Below the pieces are notes generated by a model that did not search any database, was not told the origin of the DNA, and worked only from the letters and a program-made list of their open reading frames with translations. From Citrobacter pasteurii (lineage in GTDB: Bacteria; Pseudomonadota; Gammaproteobacteria; Enterobacterales; Enterobacteriaceae): 24,000 nucleotides of DNA. Below are positions 23,173-24,000 of the stretch, one piece after another. The DNA is taken from the NCBI RefSeq assembly GCF_000826205.1, contig NZ_CDHL01000025.1, one strand, 5' to 3'. Each line of letters begins with the position of its first letter. Positions within the stretch are counted from its first letter, which is position 1. The position numbers and the translations under genes are program-made.

Positions 23173-23682
23173 ATGAATATTGAGACTGTATGTAACCAAC
23201 AATGGTATCTTGCTCTCTATATTACGGGGGGCAAAAATCGCGAGAACCTATTCGACTGGCTACACGACAGGCGAATTACTCCCTGGACACCATTATCCTT
23301 AACGCAAATAAGACGAGCCGACGCTCCGCATGTTTTCAGAAAAAGGACCTCTGCCGTTTTTCCCGGATATTTTTTCCTTAAGGCCAATTTCGAATTCCAG
23401 AAGATAGATACTATTAGGGCACACTCTGCGTTCTGCAATTTTGTGAAATTTGGCAGCCAAATTTCCCCCGTAAATACAAGGGTGGTTGAAGCATTAATGA
23501 AAAAATACCCCGACCCCACGCATAACCCTGCAGCAAGGGCTGAACTTGAAGCTGCATCAGATATCTGGCTAACAAAAAGTCAGTACAAACATCTGACTAA
23601 AATTGATAGCGTCGAACACCCCGTATCCCGGACTGCAATGCTGTTTGATATGATCACCCATGCTGATGCCTGGGGTTTTTGA
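23173..23682 (+). CDS. NusG/RfaH-type (NGN domain) antiterminator, ActX-like
   Basis: QQWYLALYITGGKNRENLFDWLHDRRITPWTPL...RRADAPHVFRKRTSAVFPGYFFLKANFEFQKIDTIRAHSAFCNFVKFGSQISPV: typical NGN order including FPGYFF. Internal ATG at 23173; ORF track start is 23128. Confidence 0.8.
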   Translation: MNIETVCNQQWYLALYITGGKNRENLFDWLHDRRITPWTPLSLTQIRRADAPHVFRKRTSAVFPGYFFLKANFEFQKIDTIRAHSAFCNFVKFGSQISPVNTRVVEALMKKYPDPTHNPAARAELEAASDIWLTKSQYKHLTKIDSVEHPVSRTAMLFDMITHADAWGF

Positions 23683-23745
23683 AATGTACTTTACCGTAGC
23701 CTCTTAAACTGGCCTAACCAGTTATCACTCCATCCCTTTGACTTT

Positions 23746-23768
23746 CCCCCGTTTACGGGGGCTTTTTT
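23746..23768 (+). terminator. Terminator of the NusG-like gene
   Basis: CCCCCG-TTTA-CGGGGG then CTTTTTTT. Confidence 0.85.
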
Positions 23769-23850
23769 TACACCGTTTTCCGGCAATGACGTCTGGGCTG
23801 GTCCTGCCCGATGAACACCCCCTGTTCCTTTAACCGGCCTACACTCAGGC

Positions 23851-23877
23851 TTCCTTCATTCTGGCGGAATGAAGGAA
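23851..23877. other. 11-bp perfect stem-loop in the leader of the next gene
   Basis: TTCCTTCATTC-TGGCG-GAATGAAGGAA, ends 43 nt before the ATG at 23920. Confidence 0.6.
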
Positions 23878-23919
23878 CAGACGTCATTGCCAGAAACAGG
23901 AACCCAAGAGAGACAAACC

Positions 23920-24000
23920 ATGCAATCCACCCAGGAACAGGTCAGCCACCTCTTGTGGTGCATTCTCGTTGCCTTACGTACGGCAGTCGAAAACCATCAC
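23920..24000 (+). CDS. Partial hypothetical ORF running off the window
   Basis: ATG followed by 26 open codons to the window end: MQSTQEQVSHLLWCILVALRTAVENHH. Confidence 0.35.
   Translation, partial: MQSTQEQVSHLLWCILVALRTAVENHH

Noticed and set aside
1-24000. CRISPR arrays, tRNA or rRNA genes, IS elements or transposases
   Set aside because: No regularly spaced repeat-spacer array, no tRNA/rRNA signature and no transposase-like ORF recognised on manual reading; tRNAscan, CRISPR and ISfinder searches were not possible here.

Overview
This window looks like the accessory and replication region of an enterobacterial F-type plasmid. All family calls come from reading the translations by eye; no database search was run. 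Left to right: (i) a 0.25-3 kb accessory stretch of single-gene modules, including an HNH-type protein and a DinJ/RelB-like protein with a long C-terminal extension, punctuated by four direct-orientation copies of a 26-bp element (YTRGAC-N14-GTCYAK); (ii) a ResD-like tyrosine recombinase on the minus strand; (iii) a PifC-like / KAP P-loop NTPase (PifA-like) operon with a palindromic operator candidate in front; (iv) a ParDE toxin-antitoxin pair; (v) a candidate Abi_2/HEPN protein; (vi) a KfrA-like gene preceded by a TGTAT-rich repeat array, followed by small genes, a DEDDh exonuclease and a secreted SNase-like nuclease; (vii) an AT-rich insert with a phosphoethanolamine-transferase-like sulfatase-fold enzyme and an acyltransferase-3; (viii) an IncFII-type replicon on the minus strand (repA, tap-like leader peptide, CopA-like antisense RNA, oriR with DnaA boxes, a Tus/Ter-like site), with a Phd/YefM-like orphan antitoxin where copB normally lies; (ix) a LuxR-like HTH protein and a NusG/RfaH-like antiterminator. 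The most interesting candidates are the interspersed 26-bp element family, the pifCA-like operon, the Abi/HEPN gene, the antitoxin-like protein in the copB slot, and the envelope-modification insert.
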